Of a stretch of DNA of 64,000 nt, positions 30,740 to 40,350 are shown piece by piece. Within the stretch, counting starts at the first letter, position 1; the number at the start of each line of letters is the position of its first letter. This stretch comes from a virus. Lineage: Duplodnaviria; Caudoviricetes. Both the position numbers and the translations under genes were made by a program. Location: positions 1-64,000 of IMG/VR virus record IMGVR_UViG_3300028805_000081. One strand, given 5' to 3'. The notes beneath the pieces are model-generated. The model worked only from the letters and a program-made list of their open reading frames with translations. It made no database searches and was not told the DNA's origin.

Positions 30740-32167
30740 TTATAAAGTCAAAGTCGTACCTGAATTAACACATACAACCTTTGTAGTTTTATTCTTATCC
30801 GCTATTACTTCCTGAAGTTCTTTGCTGAATTTTTCTTTGTCAGCAAAGTTGCCATGCACTAAAGCAATCTTTTCACAGTTTATTTCAGAGTAATATTCCA
30901 ACATATCATCATGCTGAATATGACTCGAAAATGATACAAGATTAGTAACGAACGCCTTATTAGGTATTGATTTACCTTCAACTGTAATGTACTTCTGAGT
31001 GCCGGTTTTTATTTTATCAGCAAGTGATCCCTCCGGGGCATATCCACAGAATAAGAAATGATTTTTACTCGATCCTAACAGCTTCTGAGTCCACGCTACA
31101 CTTCTGCCAGCAGTCAGCATACCGGAGGATGATAGCACAATACAAGGTTCAGAGTTATCCTGTAAAGCTTTACTATCGTTATATTCACTGATAAAGTGAA
31201 CGTTTTTCCAAGTCATAACTCTTTCCCAATAATGCATCTGTGATTCGTTCACGATATGACACATAAGGGCAGAAATTTTGCAAGCCATAGGGGAGTCAAC
31301 ATAAATTGGTACTTTCCAGTCAGAATCATTGCCGTACAATTCATACAGAACTGTAAGCATAGTCTGACAACGATGATTAGCAAACACCGGAATAAGAACT
31401 TTGCCTTTCTTTTCCATAGTCTGCTCAATAACACATTTGATCTTTTCTAAATCTTTTTCTCTGTCTTTTGCCTTTACCTGACGAAGCGGATTAGCATATG
31501 TACTTTCCGCTATCACAAGATTAGCTTTATTAACAGGTTCAAAGTCATGAACATAATATAATGGTACATTTCTGTTACCAAGATCTGATGTGTAGTATAT
31601 TTTCTTTGTAATATTGTTATCAGTAAGCCACAACTCACAATGAGCTGAGTTTGTTATATGCCCGGAGTGCGTAAACTTTATCGTTGCATAGTCATTGATC
31701 TTAAATTCTTCACCAAATGGCACTTCTTCAATAAGTTCAAGTGCAGCTTTAACATCATCCATGTTATAGATTGGTTCAAGATTATGACCTTGCTTTTTCA
31801 AAAGTTCTGCATCTTTTTCGAGAATATAGCAACAATCTTCAAGAAGAATTTTGATAAGTCCGTAGTTCATTTCCGGGACGTACACCTTGCCGGTAAATCC
31901 ACGCTTCACAAGCAAGGGAAGTAGTAAACAATGATCACCATGAGAATGACATATTACGGCAAATTCGATTTCTTTTGCCTTAAAATCAAACTTACGATTA
32001 TTGATTTTATAGCTTTCAAGCGTACTCTTAGTTGACTGGTTAATCCCACACTCAATAAGAAACTGATGTTCGCCAACAGATATATGAGTACAGCTGCCGG
32101 TCACTTCTGTTGCATTTGTACCAACAAAAGAAACCTTGATGCCGGTTTTAACTTTCTTTTTTGCCAT
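30740..32167 (-). CDS. MBL-fold beta-CASP nuclease (YSH1/CPSF73-like)
   Basis: VTGSC, HSHGDH, SGHI, TSDLG, ESTYA, SSGMLTAGR, FSSH and LVHG motifs; start reassigned to MAKKK. Confidence 0.9.
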   Translation of the reverse strand: MAKKKVKTGIKVSFVGTNATEVTGSCTHISVGEHQFLIECGINQSTKSTLESYKINNRKFDFKAKEIEFAVICHSHGDHCLLLPLLVKRGFTGKVYVPEMNYGLIKILLEDCCYILEKDAELLKKQGHNLEPIYNMDDVKAALELIEEVPFGEEFKINDYATIKFTHSGHITNSAHCELWLTDNNITKKIYYTSDLGNRNVPLYYVHDFEPVNKANLVIAESTYANPLRQVKAKDREKDLEKIKCVIEQTMEKKGKVLIPVFANHRCQTMLTVLYELYGNDSDWKVPIYVDSPMACKISALMCHIVNESQMHYWERVMTWKNVHFISEYNDSKALQDNSEPCIVLSSSGMLTAGRSVAWTQKLLGSSKNHFLFCGYAPEGSLADKIKTGTQKYITVEGKSIPNKAFVTNLVSFSSHIQHDDMLEYYSEINCEKIALVHGNFADKEKFSKELQEVIADKNKTTKVVCVNSGTTLTL

Positions 32168-32912
32168 CGCAATCTCCGTGACATTCTTCACATTCACACT
32201 GAACAGGTGCACCAAAGATTTCTTCAAAGTCTATATCTTCACCGATAATATAGTCAATAACACCAAGGTCTTTAGCTTCATCAGCAAACATATACTGTTC
32301 CACTCGTTTTTCATCCTGAATCTGCTTAATAGTCAGCTTGCTTCTTGATGCAAGCATCTTATCAAGTCTTTCATCAATACGATCAAAGAACTTAACTTCA
32401 TCTCTGAACTTTGATGAGCTGTTGCCGATAAATGTCTGACCATCATGATTTAAGAAGATAGAGTTAGGCATAGCAAATCTCATATCACCAAGAGCTGCGA
32501 CATAAAACGCCATTGAACATGCATAACCTATAACAACTGTGAATACCGGAGTGATAGACTCACGAATTACATCAACAAGTCCAAGTCCATTAAACACATC
32601 TCCACCATAGCAATTAATAACAATCTTAATTGGAACACGCTGTTCAACAGGAATATTTGCATCTTCTACGTTCTTCTTGATAATAAACATGGTAAGATTT
32701 CTGAATGTATCTTCAGATACTTCTTCATCAAGATAGAATATTCTTGAATCAAGATCTTCCATGACCATAAGTTCACCAAGACCATACGAAAACATAGTAG
32801 CTGGTGCTGCTTCCAATGTTTCAGTTTCTTCCTGTGCCGGAGCTTCCGACAGAGTTTGTACTAAAGTTTCGATTACTTCTTCATTCTTCTTTTCGGTTTC
32901 CTTTTTAGCCAT
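32148..32912 (-). CDS. clpP: ClpP-like serine protease
   Basis: INCYGGDV, ACSMA (catalytic Ser), LNHD (His) and A+EA+++G++D motifs. Confidence 0.85.
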   Translation of the reverse strand: MAKKETEKKNEEVIETLVQTLSEAPAQEETETLEAAPATMFSYGLGELMVMEDLDSRIFYLDEEVSEDTFRNLTMFIIKKNVEDANIPVEQRVPIKIVINCYGGDVFNGLGLVDVIRESITPVFTVVIGYACSMAFYVAALGDMRFAMPNSIFLNHDGQTFIGNSSSKFRDEVKFFDRIDERLDKMLASRSKLTIKQIQDEKRVEQYMFADEAKDLGVIDYIIGEDIDFEEIFGAPVQCECEECHGDCDGKKES

Positions 32913-32958
32913 AGGAAAACCTCCCTTTTTAAAAATTAAAATTAAGCCGAAGCTTTTA

Positions 32959-33030
32959 TTGCAGCACCGGGAATTGAACCCGGATCTACAGGTTATGAGC
33001 CTGTTGTGTTACCATTACACTCATGCTGCG
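32959..33030 (-). tRNA. tRNA-Met(CAT), initiator-like
   Basis: Cloverleaf: acceptor CGCAGCA/TGCTGCA (C1:A72 mismatch), anticodon arm ACAGG-CTCATAA-CCTGT, T arm CCGGG-TTCAATT-CCCGG; CCA not encoded. Confidence 0.9.
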
Positions 33031-33091
33031 ATCTATAAAAAATCACTCCCGGTAGCAGGAGTATAGACTACCGGGAATGTAAAAAGGGGAC

Positions 33092-33253
33092 TTAGTTATT
33101 GCGAATTTGGTTAAGGACTTCAAGAACTGCGGGATCTTCTTCAACCCAACGCTTCTTTCTCTTAGCTTTGTGATACTTTGATGTAATCGTCATCCTAACA
33201 TCCGGTATCTTTTCCTTAATTTTTTCAAATTCCTCTTTTGTTACGAATATCAT
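33092..33253 (-). CDS. small basic hypothetical protein (53 aa)
   Basis: MIFVTKEEFEKIKEK...KRKKRWVEED; first gene ahead of the tRNA/late block. Confidence 0.6.
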   Translation of the reverse strand: MIFVTKEEFEKIKEKIPDVRMTITSKYHKAKRKKRWVEEDPAVLEVLNQIRNN

Positions 33254-33413
33254 GTTACAACTTCTTTCCTGTATTTTTGGTATTATTATACCATGTATAA
33301 ACTCATGCTTATTTAAAAAGAAAATCTTCCCAAAACCACGCAAATACGTAGTTCCAAGAAGATTGTAGATTTTTGTTTACTAAAAGTGCACCGCCCACAA
33401 ACCCTAAGATGTC

Positions 33414-34268
33414 TTATGGTTTCTCCGATTTTTTCTTAGCTCTCGATTCTCTCATGTTACGTCTTTTCTGTTCAAGTCTTACTTCTCTTTGGCAACACTC
33501 ACAGCGTTTTCTTTTACATTTCCCTTCGGGTATTTCAAACGCTCTGCCACAAACCTCACAAACGCATACTCTTGATTTTACATGTTTATTACAATGATAG
33601 TGGTTATTTGAGTTTGGTTTAAATATCACACCACAGTCAACACAAACTCTATAAAATGCACCGTTCGCTTTTTCCCACCACATTCCAAGATTGGTAATGT
33701 TGGTGACTTCAAATACCGGTTCTCCTTCCAAATCCAAAATCTCGACTGCAATACTTGTTTTTAACATACTTCTTGCTGGCGTGATATATTTCTGCATGTA
33801 AAGATCATGAAGTATACACAAGAAGTTGTCAAAATTGTGGTTGATGTTTGCCAAATGGATAATTTCACTATCGGTTGTATTTACCCAATTATGCCTGTAT
33901 GTGATGTAATTCATCTTTGCAAGAACAAGATATGTGAACATAACTTTTTTGATTGGCTGCGTAGACAGTTCATTGATTTTATCAATTTCTTTCTGAGTTA
34001 TCGGAATTGATTCAATATCTCTAAGCGGTTTCTTATGAGCATCATTTGCAATCGCTTCCATTGTGTTATGCCATTGATTTTCATTAAAACCAGCTCTGTT
34101 TGCCTTCAAATACTCTGACACTTCTTTTACAGCAGCTTCTGGACTATACCCTTTATTATTCACATAGTATCTGATGAGTATATTCACTATTTGTCTTATC
34201 TTACACAATGAAAGATTTATGTCTTTCAGGATCAGTTCAGCTTCTTTAACTTCATTAAGGATTAACAA
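33414..34268 (-). CDS. protein coupled to the RNAP gene, with C-terminal Zn ribbons (possible transcription factor/subunit)
   Basis: Overlaps the RNAP stop; CVDCG...CNKH and CEVCG...CECC; probable TTG start at 34268 (ORF track starts at 34325). Confidence 0.6.
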   Translation of the reverse strand: MLILNEVKEAELILKDINLSLCKIRQIVNILIRYYVNNKGYSPEAAVKEVSEYLKANRAGFNENQWHNTMEAIANDAHKKPLRDIESIPITQKEIDKINELSTQPIKKVMFTYLVLAKMNYITYRHNWVNTTDSEIIHLANINHNFDNFLCILHDLYMQKYITPARSMLKTSIAVEILDLEGEPVFEVTNITNLGMWWEKANGAFYRVCVDCGVIFKPNSNNHYHCNKHVKSRVCVCEVCGRAFEIPEGKCKRKRCECCQREVRLEQKRRNMRESRAKKKSEKP

Positions 34269-35349
34269 CCTTACACTTCCTTTCAGAAAATCTGTAGCCA
34301 TTAAATTCAATATCCCCGGCATCATCTCTTGTGATGTAGCTCAGTTCAAAATTGTTTTTGACAAGAAGATTTTCTATGATTTGTTCTCCACATATATCCC
34401 ATGCAAACGCCTTTGTTCTCTCGCTTGTATAGCAAAGGTCAAGGATAATTTCACAAAGTATTTTTGAGTTTGGGCAGATCTCAAAAGCCTTTTCCTTGAA
34501 CTCTCTGCCTATTTCCTTGAATCTATCTGTGTAATCATCGCCTGACGTTCTCATTTCGTTCTTCTCAATATCCAGCCTTGCCTTACGCTTCGTATATTCA
34601 ACATAAAGCTTTACAATTTCAGATGCAATCTTTGGATCATATCTTGTGTTGGACTTCATAATAGTATAGTCGAAAGGAGTTTTAGCCTTTACGCTGCTTT
34701 TAAATCCTTTAAACTCATCTTCTACCATATGACAAAGGCGGTTCATAGTGCTGATGTTATCATTAACAGGATAGAGCTTTTCATACCATTCAATCCATTC
34801 TTTCTGTTCTTCAGTATGTTCAGACAGAGCAAATAATTCTTTTGTACTCATTCTGAACAGCATCTTGCACTGGCGTTCCGCAGTCTTGACAAACGACTTA
34901 TATTTCTTATCAAGATCCGGATAGATGTATCTCATAAAGTATGGTTTCTTGTCTGCACATATTGTATTATTAAATATATCTTCTTCAGATAATTCGGCAT
35001 CACCTTTCGGTTTGATAGGGGAGTACCAATATTTTGGCATATTGTAACATATAGTACCTTTTACTGCATCTATGTCGCTTTGCTGAAAGTATTCTCCACA
35101 TATAATCCTATATGTTAAAATATTTGACTCTATACTATCAGCCGGGAATAGTGGCAGCAAATCATACATGCTCGTTACCCTGTTGGTGATTGCGCCAACC
35201 TTTGAACCAAACGCCTTTTTATTTCCTTCTCTTAAAAGATCCTCTGTAACTAAAGTTTTTTCGGCTGAATTTGACGCACACATTATCGTAGGTTCATATC
35301 TCCAATTTTTAATTAGCACATCATTATTTGTTGTAAAAACAATATCGCT
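34255..35349 (-). CDS. yonO: YonO-like RNA polymerase, exon 2
   Basis: Starts SDIVFTTNN after the intron; VGAITNRVT, IDAVKG and KPYFMRYIY motifs typical of RdRP-like phage RNAPs. Confidence 0.85.
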   Translation of the reverse strand, partial: SDIVFTTNNDVLIKNWRYEPTIMCASNSAEKTLVTEDLLREGNKKAFGSKVGAITNRVTSMYDLLPLFPADSIESNILTYRIICGEYFQQSDIDAVKGTICYNMPKYWYSPIKPKGDAELSEEDIFNNTICADKKPYFMRYIYPDLDKKYKSFVKTAERQCKMLFRMSTKELFALSEHTEEQKEWIEWYEKLYPVNDNISTMNRLCHMVEDEFKGFKSSVKAKTPFDYTIMKSNTRYDPKIASEIVKLYVEYTKRKARLDIEKNEMRTSGDDYTDRFKEIGREFKEKAFEICPNSKILCEIILDLCYTSERTKAFAWDICGEQIIENLLVKNNFELSYITRDDAGDIEFNGYRFSERKCKVVNP

Positions 35350-35663
35350 CCTTGATACCCTCGGTTTCCCGATATTTATTAGGGGAGTAGATCATCTCAT
35401 CACCTTATGTCAATTCATAAGCATCACTGGGATTTCTCCGTGTTTGGCACTTGCTTTTAGGATTTGCACCTATCGCTACGGATTTCATAGGCTCATTAGA
35501 GTCCGTATATCCTGATCGTTACACCTTCAAAAACATCACTGTTTAAGCTTGGCACGGTATTTTCATGAAGTTAATTACTTTTTAGATTTCCACCGTTAGC
35601 ACGTATTTACGCACACCTTACATTTGTAAGTTCACCAAATTTTACAAGGACAATGGAATGTTT
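35350..35663 (-). mobile_element. group I intron (314 nt, ORF-less) within the RNAP catalytic motif
   Basis: 8-bp P1 ACAAGGAU/GUCCUUGU with U-G; P7 GAUCA/UGAUC; GAAA-capped 3' hairpin; terminal G; removal joins NGADKD|SDIVF in frame. Confidence 0.9.
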
Positions 35664-37313
35664 ATCCTTGTCTGCCCCGTTTAAAGCGTGACAGAAACTA
35701 TCATGACAATTCAGCATGATTAAATTTCCACAATACCTGTACCAATAATCAGCTTCAGTATTATTTGAACATACTTTCATCTTCCTGATATTTGCATGAC
35801 AGCTCATCGGACTTCGATAACAGGCTACTTCTTCAGATCCTTTATCTTTCCAAAACTTATGATAAATCTCACCCGCTTTCAGCAATCCATAATCTTCATT
35901 TTTTACATCAAGCTTAAAAATATACTGGCACAAAGCATATGGATCTCCAACGATTATACCAAAGTTGCCTTTAACCTTTACAACACCTATTTCCGCATCT
36001 TTTATTTTCTTAGCAATCAGTGAGCTTACTCTGTTGATTACATACGGATCATTCATCATTTCCGGGCAAATCTGAATTGCCTTAATCCAGTCATCTTCAC
36101 CGATAGCATTTTCATCGGTAATCTTCATGCCTTTCAGAAATAACAATGTTTTTTGCCTGTCGTAATGAATTATATCCTTTATTTCATCAACAGTAGGGGA
36201 GATGAGTTCATGTATCTGACCGTTTGTCAGCTCATAACTCTGTATAAACTGGTAATTCAGCGTCCGGACTTCATCAAGTTCCTTCGGAGTGACCTTTGTA
36301 ACAGACAGCGTATACATATTTTTATGACATTTCTGAATGTATTCGTCAATGCTATCATATGCACTCCAAAGTTTCAGCATTGAAGTAGTAAGTATAAGAT
36401 CAATGTCAAATATATCATGCTCCTTGCCCCAAACATCTGTAACAATCTGCTTGTTATGAACTCTCGCAAACTCCTTAAAATCGAACGTAGCTACCATACC
36501 TTTGGTAAAGGCATATCGTATGCAGCATCCACTCATCAGATAATCAAGATGCATATCATCTGACCATATCTGAGCCATCTCCGGACTGATTAATCCGTAC
36601 CCATCTGACTCATCAAGTTCTATTTCTGCGGTCTTATACTGCATAACAGGTTCATCGCTCTCACTGTTGTCAAGGTAAATAACATCTTCAGTGAAGTGAG
36701 TAATAAGATCATCTACAACAAGAATCCTGTCAGTATTTGTAACCGGATAGCTGCCACTCAGAGTTAAAGCCTTATAAGCTTCATACTTTGCCGGAACAAT
36801 CTTGTAATCTGATCGTCTGCCGTTCTCAACAAGCCCGTTAAGATAATCACGTATATCTTCCCGGCAGTACATTACAGTACACTTCTTTACCTGATTTGGA
36901 GAACCGATAAACCTATAATACTTCATTCCGTTTACGCTAAATCCGTCCATCCTATCTATGTCACTTGGCTTATCCATCACAACATTGATAAGCTCCGGGA
37001 TAAACTGCATAGTATTAAGTTCATCATACAAAGTCTTGATGTACTTCTTATTCTCAGGCGTATTATCTTTCTTCTTAGTATCTTTGATTATCTTCTTGAT
37101 CCGTTCGTAGCACTCCATCTCATGTGCCCGGTCTTTATGATTGTAGAAATCCAGCCATCTGACAACCTGACTGTCAGATATTGAAATCACCTGATCATTC
37201 GTTCTTGCTGTTACAAAGGGTAACTGCAATACCTTATCCGAAAGTATATCCTTGCTGTGCAGTTTATAAATATATCTCGGAAACATAATACTTTTCATGA
37301 AGTACACCTCCAA
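35664..37313 (-). CDS. yonO: YonO-like single-subunit two-barrel DNA-dependent RNA polymerase, exon 1 (spliced product predicted 914 aa)
   Basis: SDGYGLI, CIRYAFTKGM, LNYQFIQS, YRSPM and LNGADKD motifs (RdRP/YonO family). Confidence 0.88.
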
Positions 37314-37391
37314 ACCGGCATCATAAATACTTCACGAAGTATCTCTGCTTTTTTACGCCTTAGTTTTCTTCTCATTTTCCTTGTTTCCTTG

Positions 37392-38036
37392 TTAGTTTAT
37401 AATAAATTCTTCCGCATAAGGAAGCATTTTAAGCCATTCGCAGAACTCTCGCCATTCCGGGAGTCGATGATTTTTACGCTGTTTATATATATTTCTTAAA
37501 CATCTGTAGTTGGTTGTAAGTCTTGCTGTCAGCTTCAATCCGGTAGGGCAGCTGTAAAGTAAATTCAGATACTTTTCTTTCTTCTTCTCCGGATCTGTTT
37601 CGACTTGATAATCATTGATAAGCTCACCGATTATCTTCTTGCATCTCGGATCAACATGTCCGTCAAAGCACTTAGATAAATCAAATCTTGTAATGCGATG
37701 CATGGAACTTTCACTCGAAATAAAGAAAACAAACTTATATCTTTCCGCTTCAGTCCATGCCTTAACTGTGAATGTAAGATCGAACGATACCAAGATGCCG
37801 GTTAAGAATTGCCCATGCGCAGCGTTGTCACTCTCTACTGCTTTAATAAGAGATTTACACCTATTAATGTCAGGTGTTAAATCGTATCCTTCATGATCGT
37901 TCCAAATCCATGACGAAATATAATCTATCTTTTCTGTCCTCATAGGATAACCCGATGCCCTAAGTGTTTCATACAGGTCATAGACTCTCGCCCCGGAAAC
38001 TATATCGTTATCTGAATTTATTATTATTTCGCTCAT
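37392..38036 (-). CDS. thyX: ThyX-like flavin-dependent thymidylate synthase family protein (divergent)
   Basis: HGQFL, WTEAERY, SESSMHRI, P.G, TTNYRCLRNIYKQRKNHRLPEW. Confidence 0.7.
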   Translation of the reverse strand: MSEIIINSDNDIVSGARVYDLYETLRASGYPMRTEKIDYISSWIWNDHEGYDLTPDINRCKSLIKAVESDNAAHGQFLTGILVSFDLTFTVKAWTEAERYKFVFFISSESSMHRITRFDLSKCFDGHVDPRCKKIIGELINDYQVETDPEKKKEKYLNLLYSCPTGLKLTARLTTNYRCLRNIYKQRKNHRLPEWREFCEWLKMLPYAEEFIIN

Positions 38037-38073
38037 TTATTTTCTCCTTTATTACTTTTGTCGTAGTAATAAC

Positions 38074-38277
38074 TTAAAAGCCTGATGCTCTTTTCTCAAA
38101 CTCCGCCATCTCATCAGCATCAACTACTTCTTTAGCATACAAGACCGTCAGATCTCTGTTTTTAAAATACTTCATCAGATTGTCCATGCAATCAAATTCA
38201 AAGTAGTTAAGCACCGCTTCCGGACTGCTGTATTTCCGGTCATAATTATAAAATACCTTAAATATCATCTTTCTCAT
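38074..38277 (-). CDS. hypothetical protein
   Basis: 67-aa ORF with AAGGGG RBS in a co-oriented string. Confidence 0.5.
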   Translation of the reverse strand: MRKMIFKVFYNYDRKYSSPEAVLNYFEFDCMDNLMKYFKNRDLTVLYAKEVVDADEMAEFEKRASGF

Positions 38278-38288
38278 ATCCCCTTTAC

Positions 38289-38486
38289 TTACTTACCGTC
38301 ACCCCAATAAGTTTCCCCAAAATTCACGTTCCATCTCAGTTTTACAAGCTTGATTCTCGGCTTCTCCGGACTGGTCACAAGGTAGGTACTGTCATTTATC
38401 TTCCGCCATGAACCGCCTTTCGCCACTGACTCTGCCTTTCTGTCAAGGAACTCTTTTGAGTTGCTTATGATCCACGTATCAATCAT
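38289..38486 (-). CDS. hypothetical protein
   Basis: 65-aa ORF, adjacent to neighbours. Confidence 0.5.
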   Translation of the reverse strand: MIDTWIISNSKEFLDRKAESVAKGGSWRKINDSTYLVTSPEKPRIKLVKLRWNVNFGETYWGDGK

Positions 38487-38846
38487 TTAGCTTTCTCCTT
38501 GTTGCTCCAGCAATCTCCTTGCCGTGTCCATAATCTCAGGCAACCTGTACGCTTCCTGAAGGTCTGATGCTGTATCGCCTGTCCAGCCAATAAAATGTTT
38601 GTAATAAACACTCTCCTTGGCAAGCTCCGGGTACTCATCAAACAGGAATACAAGTTCTTTCGCCCAAAGATCCCACGTAGCATCATCAATAAGATTCTTA
38701 TTCAAATCCTCATAGATGTAACTGTGAACTAAAATCTGTCTTTCTCTCCGGTTTATGAACTCAACAATAAGCTTATCATCGTATGATCGGCATAACGCCC
38801 GCAGTTCATTCAGCTTCAGATTTACGTGTTCTCTGTATCTGTCCAT
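38487..38846 (-). CDS. stand-alone NAD-dependent DNA ligase domain Ia-like protein
   Basis: QILVHSYIYEDLNKNLIDDATWD...EL...YPEL matches the LigA N-terminal Y-Y...I-S-D-x-x-Y-D...L...PEL pattern. Confidence 0.7.
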   Translation of the reverse strand: MDRYREHVNLKLNELRALCRSYDDKLIVEFINRRERQILVHSYIYEDLNKNLIDDATWDLWAKELVFLFDEYPELAKESVYYKHFIGWTGDTASDLQEAYRLPEIMDTARRLLEQQGES

Positions 38847-39049
38847 ATCTTATCCTTATCAATCTCACATTCAGGCAGCACATCTGTAGTATCTCCTGTA
38901 TACTCCAGCATCAGCTTTTCGACATGATCTGCACCATAGTATTCAATGATTTTTTCAAGTGCTTCTTTCATATCACTACCGTATGTAATTCCTTTTTCTT
39001 TATACATCTCATCATCGTAATATTCTACATAATAATAAAAGAAATACAT
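38822..39049 (-). CDS. small acidic hypothetical protein
   Basis: 75-aa ORF with AGGTG RBS. Confidence 0.55.
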   Translation of the reverse strand: MYFFYYYVEYYDDEMYKEKGITYGSDMKEALEKIIEYYGADHVEKLMLEYTGDTTDVLPECEIDKDKIWTDTENT

Positions 39050-39084
39050 TGTTTTTCACCTAAATTCCTTAAAATTTCACTATT

Positions 39085-39639
39085 TTACACTATTTTGAAG
39101 TAATTTTTCGTATTTTCTTCAAAAATTTCAGTAATTCTTTCCCTAAATAACTGTACGCCAACACCAAAGTCATCCCAGTCCTTACACCTCAGAATCTTTC
39201 TGACTCTATCGACATCAAGTTCTTTCACTTTGTAAGAAGGGGAGTGTACCCCGTATTTATTCCGCCAGCCTGTTACATACTCACCGTTATGATTGATCAT
39301 AAGGCTATCATATTCAAATGGGAGTCCGGTAAAGTAGATATTGTATCTCTGCCCGGCATAATCAACCCAAAATGAACCGTAAAACGCCTTTCCATCCTTT
39401 ACACCAATGTCACCACGCAATGTATAGTATAAATCATAATCACCAGCAACCTTATGTGTGTAAAGATCAATAGTCATGATGCTTGAAATAATAGAATTAC
39501 CTTTTGATATTTCTATCATTTTATCGTACCATTTCTCATCACGATGTTCTTTAGGCTTATCAGCATACAGGATTTCAGAAAAGTTATTAAATGAAAAGGA
39601 AGGGAACTGTGATCTTAATTCTTCTTCAGTCTTACGCAT
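39085..39639 (-). CDS. hypothetical protein
   Basis: 184-aa ORF with AAGGAG RBS. Confidence 0.6.
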   Translation of the reverse strand: MRKTEEELRSQFPSFSFNNFSEILYADKPKEHRDEKWYDKMIEISKGNSIISSIMTIDLYTHKVAGDYDLYYTLRGDIGVKDGKAFYGSFWVDYAGQRYNIYFTGLPFEYDSLMINHNGEYVTGWRNKYGVHSPSYKVKELDVDRVRKILRCKDWDDFGVGVQLFRERITEIFEENTKNYFKIV

Positions 39640-39650
39640 AAAAATACTCC

Positions 39651-39848
39651 TTAATAAAATTTATTAACATTATGCCTTTCGTGACAATTCCTACATTCCA
39701 CAAACTGAATCAGCTTATCTCCGAACGGAACACTATCAAATATGAAGTTGTAACATTTACAGGTCTGATAGTGATATTCCATGAATCTTCTTTGTTCTTC
39801 AAGCTCGCACTGGTTCAGCTGCGGTTCGTTTTGTTTCCTTACTTTCAC
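39651..39848 (-). CDS. small Zn-ribbon protein
   Basis: VECRNCHE motif; in a co-oriented string. Confidence 0.5.
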   Translation of the reverse strand: MKVRKQNEPQLNQCELEEQRRFMEYHYQTCKCYNFIFDSVPFGDKLIQFVECRNCHERHNVNKFY

Positions 39849-40350
39849 AATACCATTCCTTTATTTCTATCTCTCTTTTTATCTTTGAAGCCATTCTGTT
39901 CACACTCTGAGTGCCTTTAAACTTATTAACCACCATGCTATAGCATTTCTCACAAGTGTTCTGACCGGGTAGGCGAGGATTTTTAAGGCATAAAGAGCAA
40001 ACACCGTATTCCTTTGCTTCGGATCTCGGTATTAATCCAAGTGCAGCTCTCTGTTCATTACGCTTCTTTTTAGCTTCTTCCCGGCAGTAGTTACATGTTT
40101 TATGCACTCCGTCAGTCTTACGCTTATAGCAATGCGTGCAGACACCGTTTGAAATAGCTTTCTCACGACTTCTTTTACGTGATTCTGACTGATCAACGCC
40201 ACGCATTTCTTCAGATTTGCGTTCACAGCAATCAAAACACAATGGCTTTCCTATTAAAGTCCTTGCATCCTGACCACCACAACGAACGCATTTGTGAAGT
40301 CTTTTACAAGTCTGATAATAACTGCTGTTCTGTTCGCTCTTTGTCATCAT
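39799..40350 (-). CDS. Cys-rich protein with three CxxC...CxxC repeats
   Basis: CVRC/CFDC, CTHC/CNYC, CSLC/CEKC. Confidence 0.65.
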   Translation of the reverse strand: MMTKSEQNSSYYQTCKRLHKCVRCGGQDARTLIGKPLCFDCCERKSEEMRGVDQSESRKRSREKAISNGVCTHCYKRKTDGVHKTCNYCREEAKKKRNEQRAALGLIPRSEAKEYGVCSLCLKNPRLPGQNTCEKCYSMVVNKFKGTQSVNRMASKIKREIEIKEWYCESKETKRTAAEPVRA

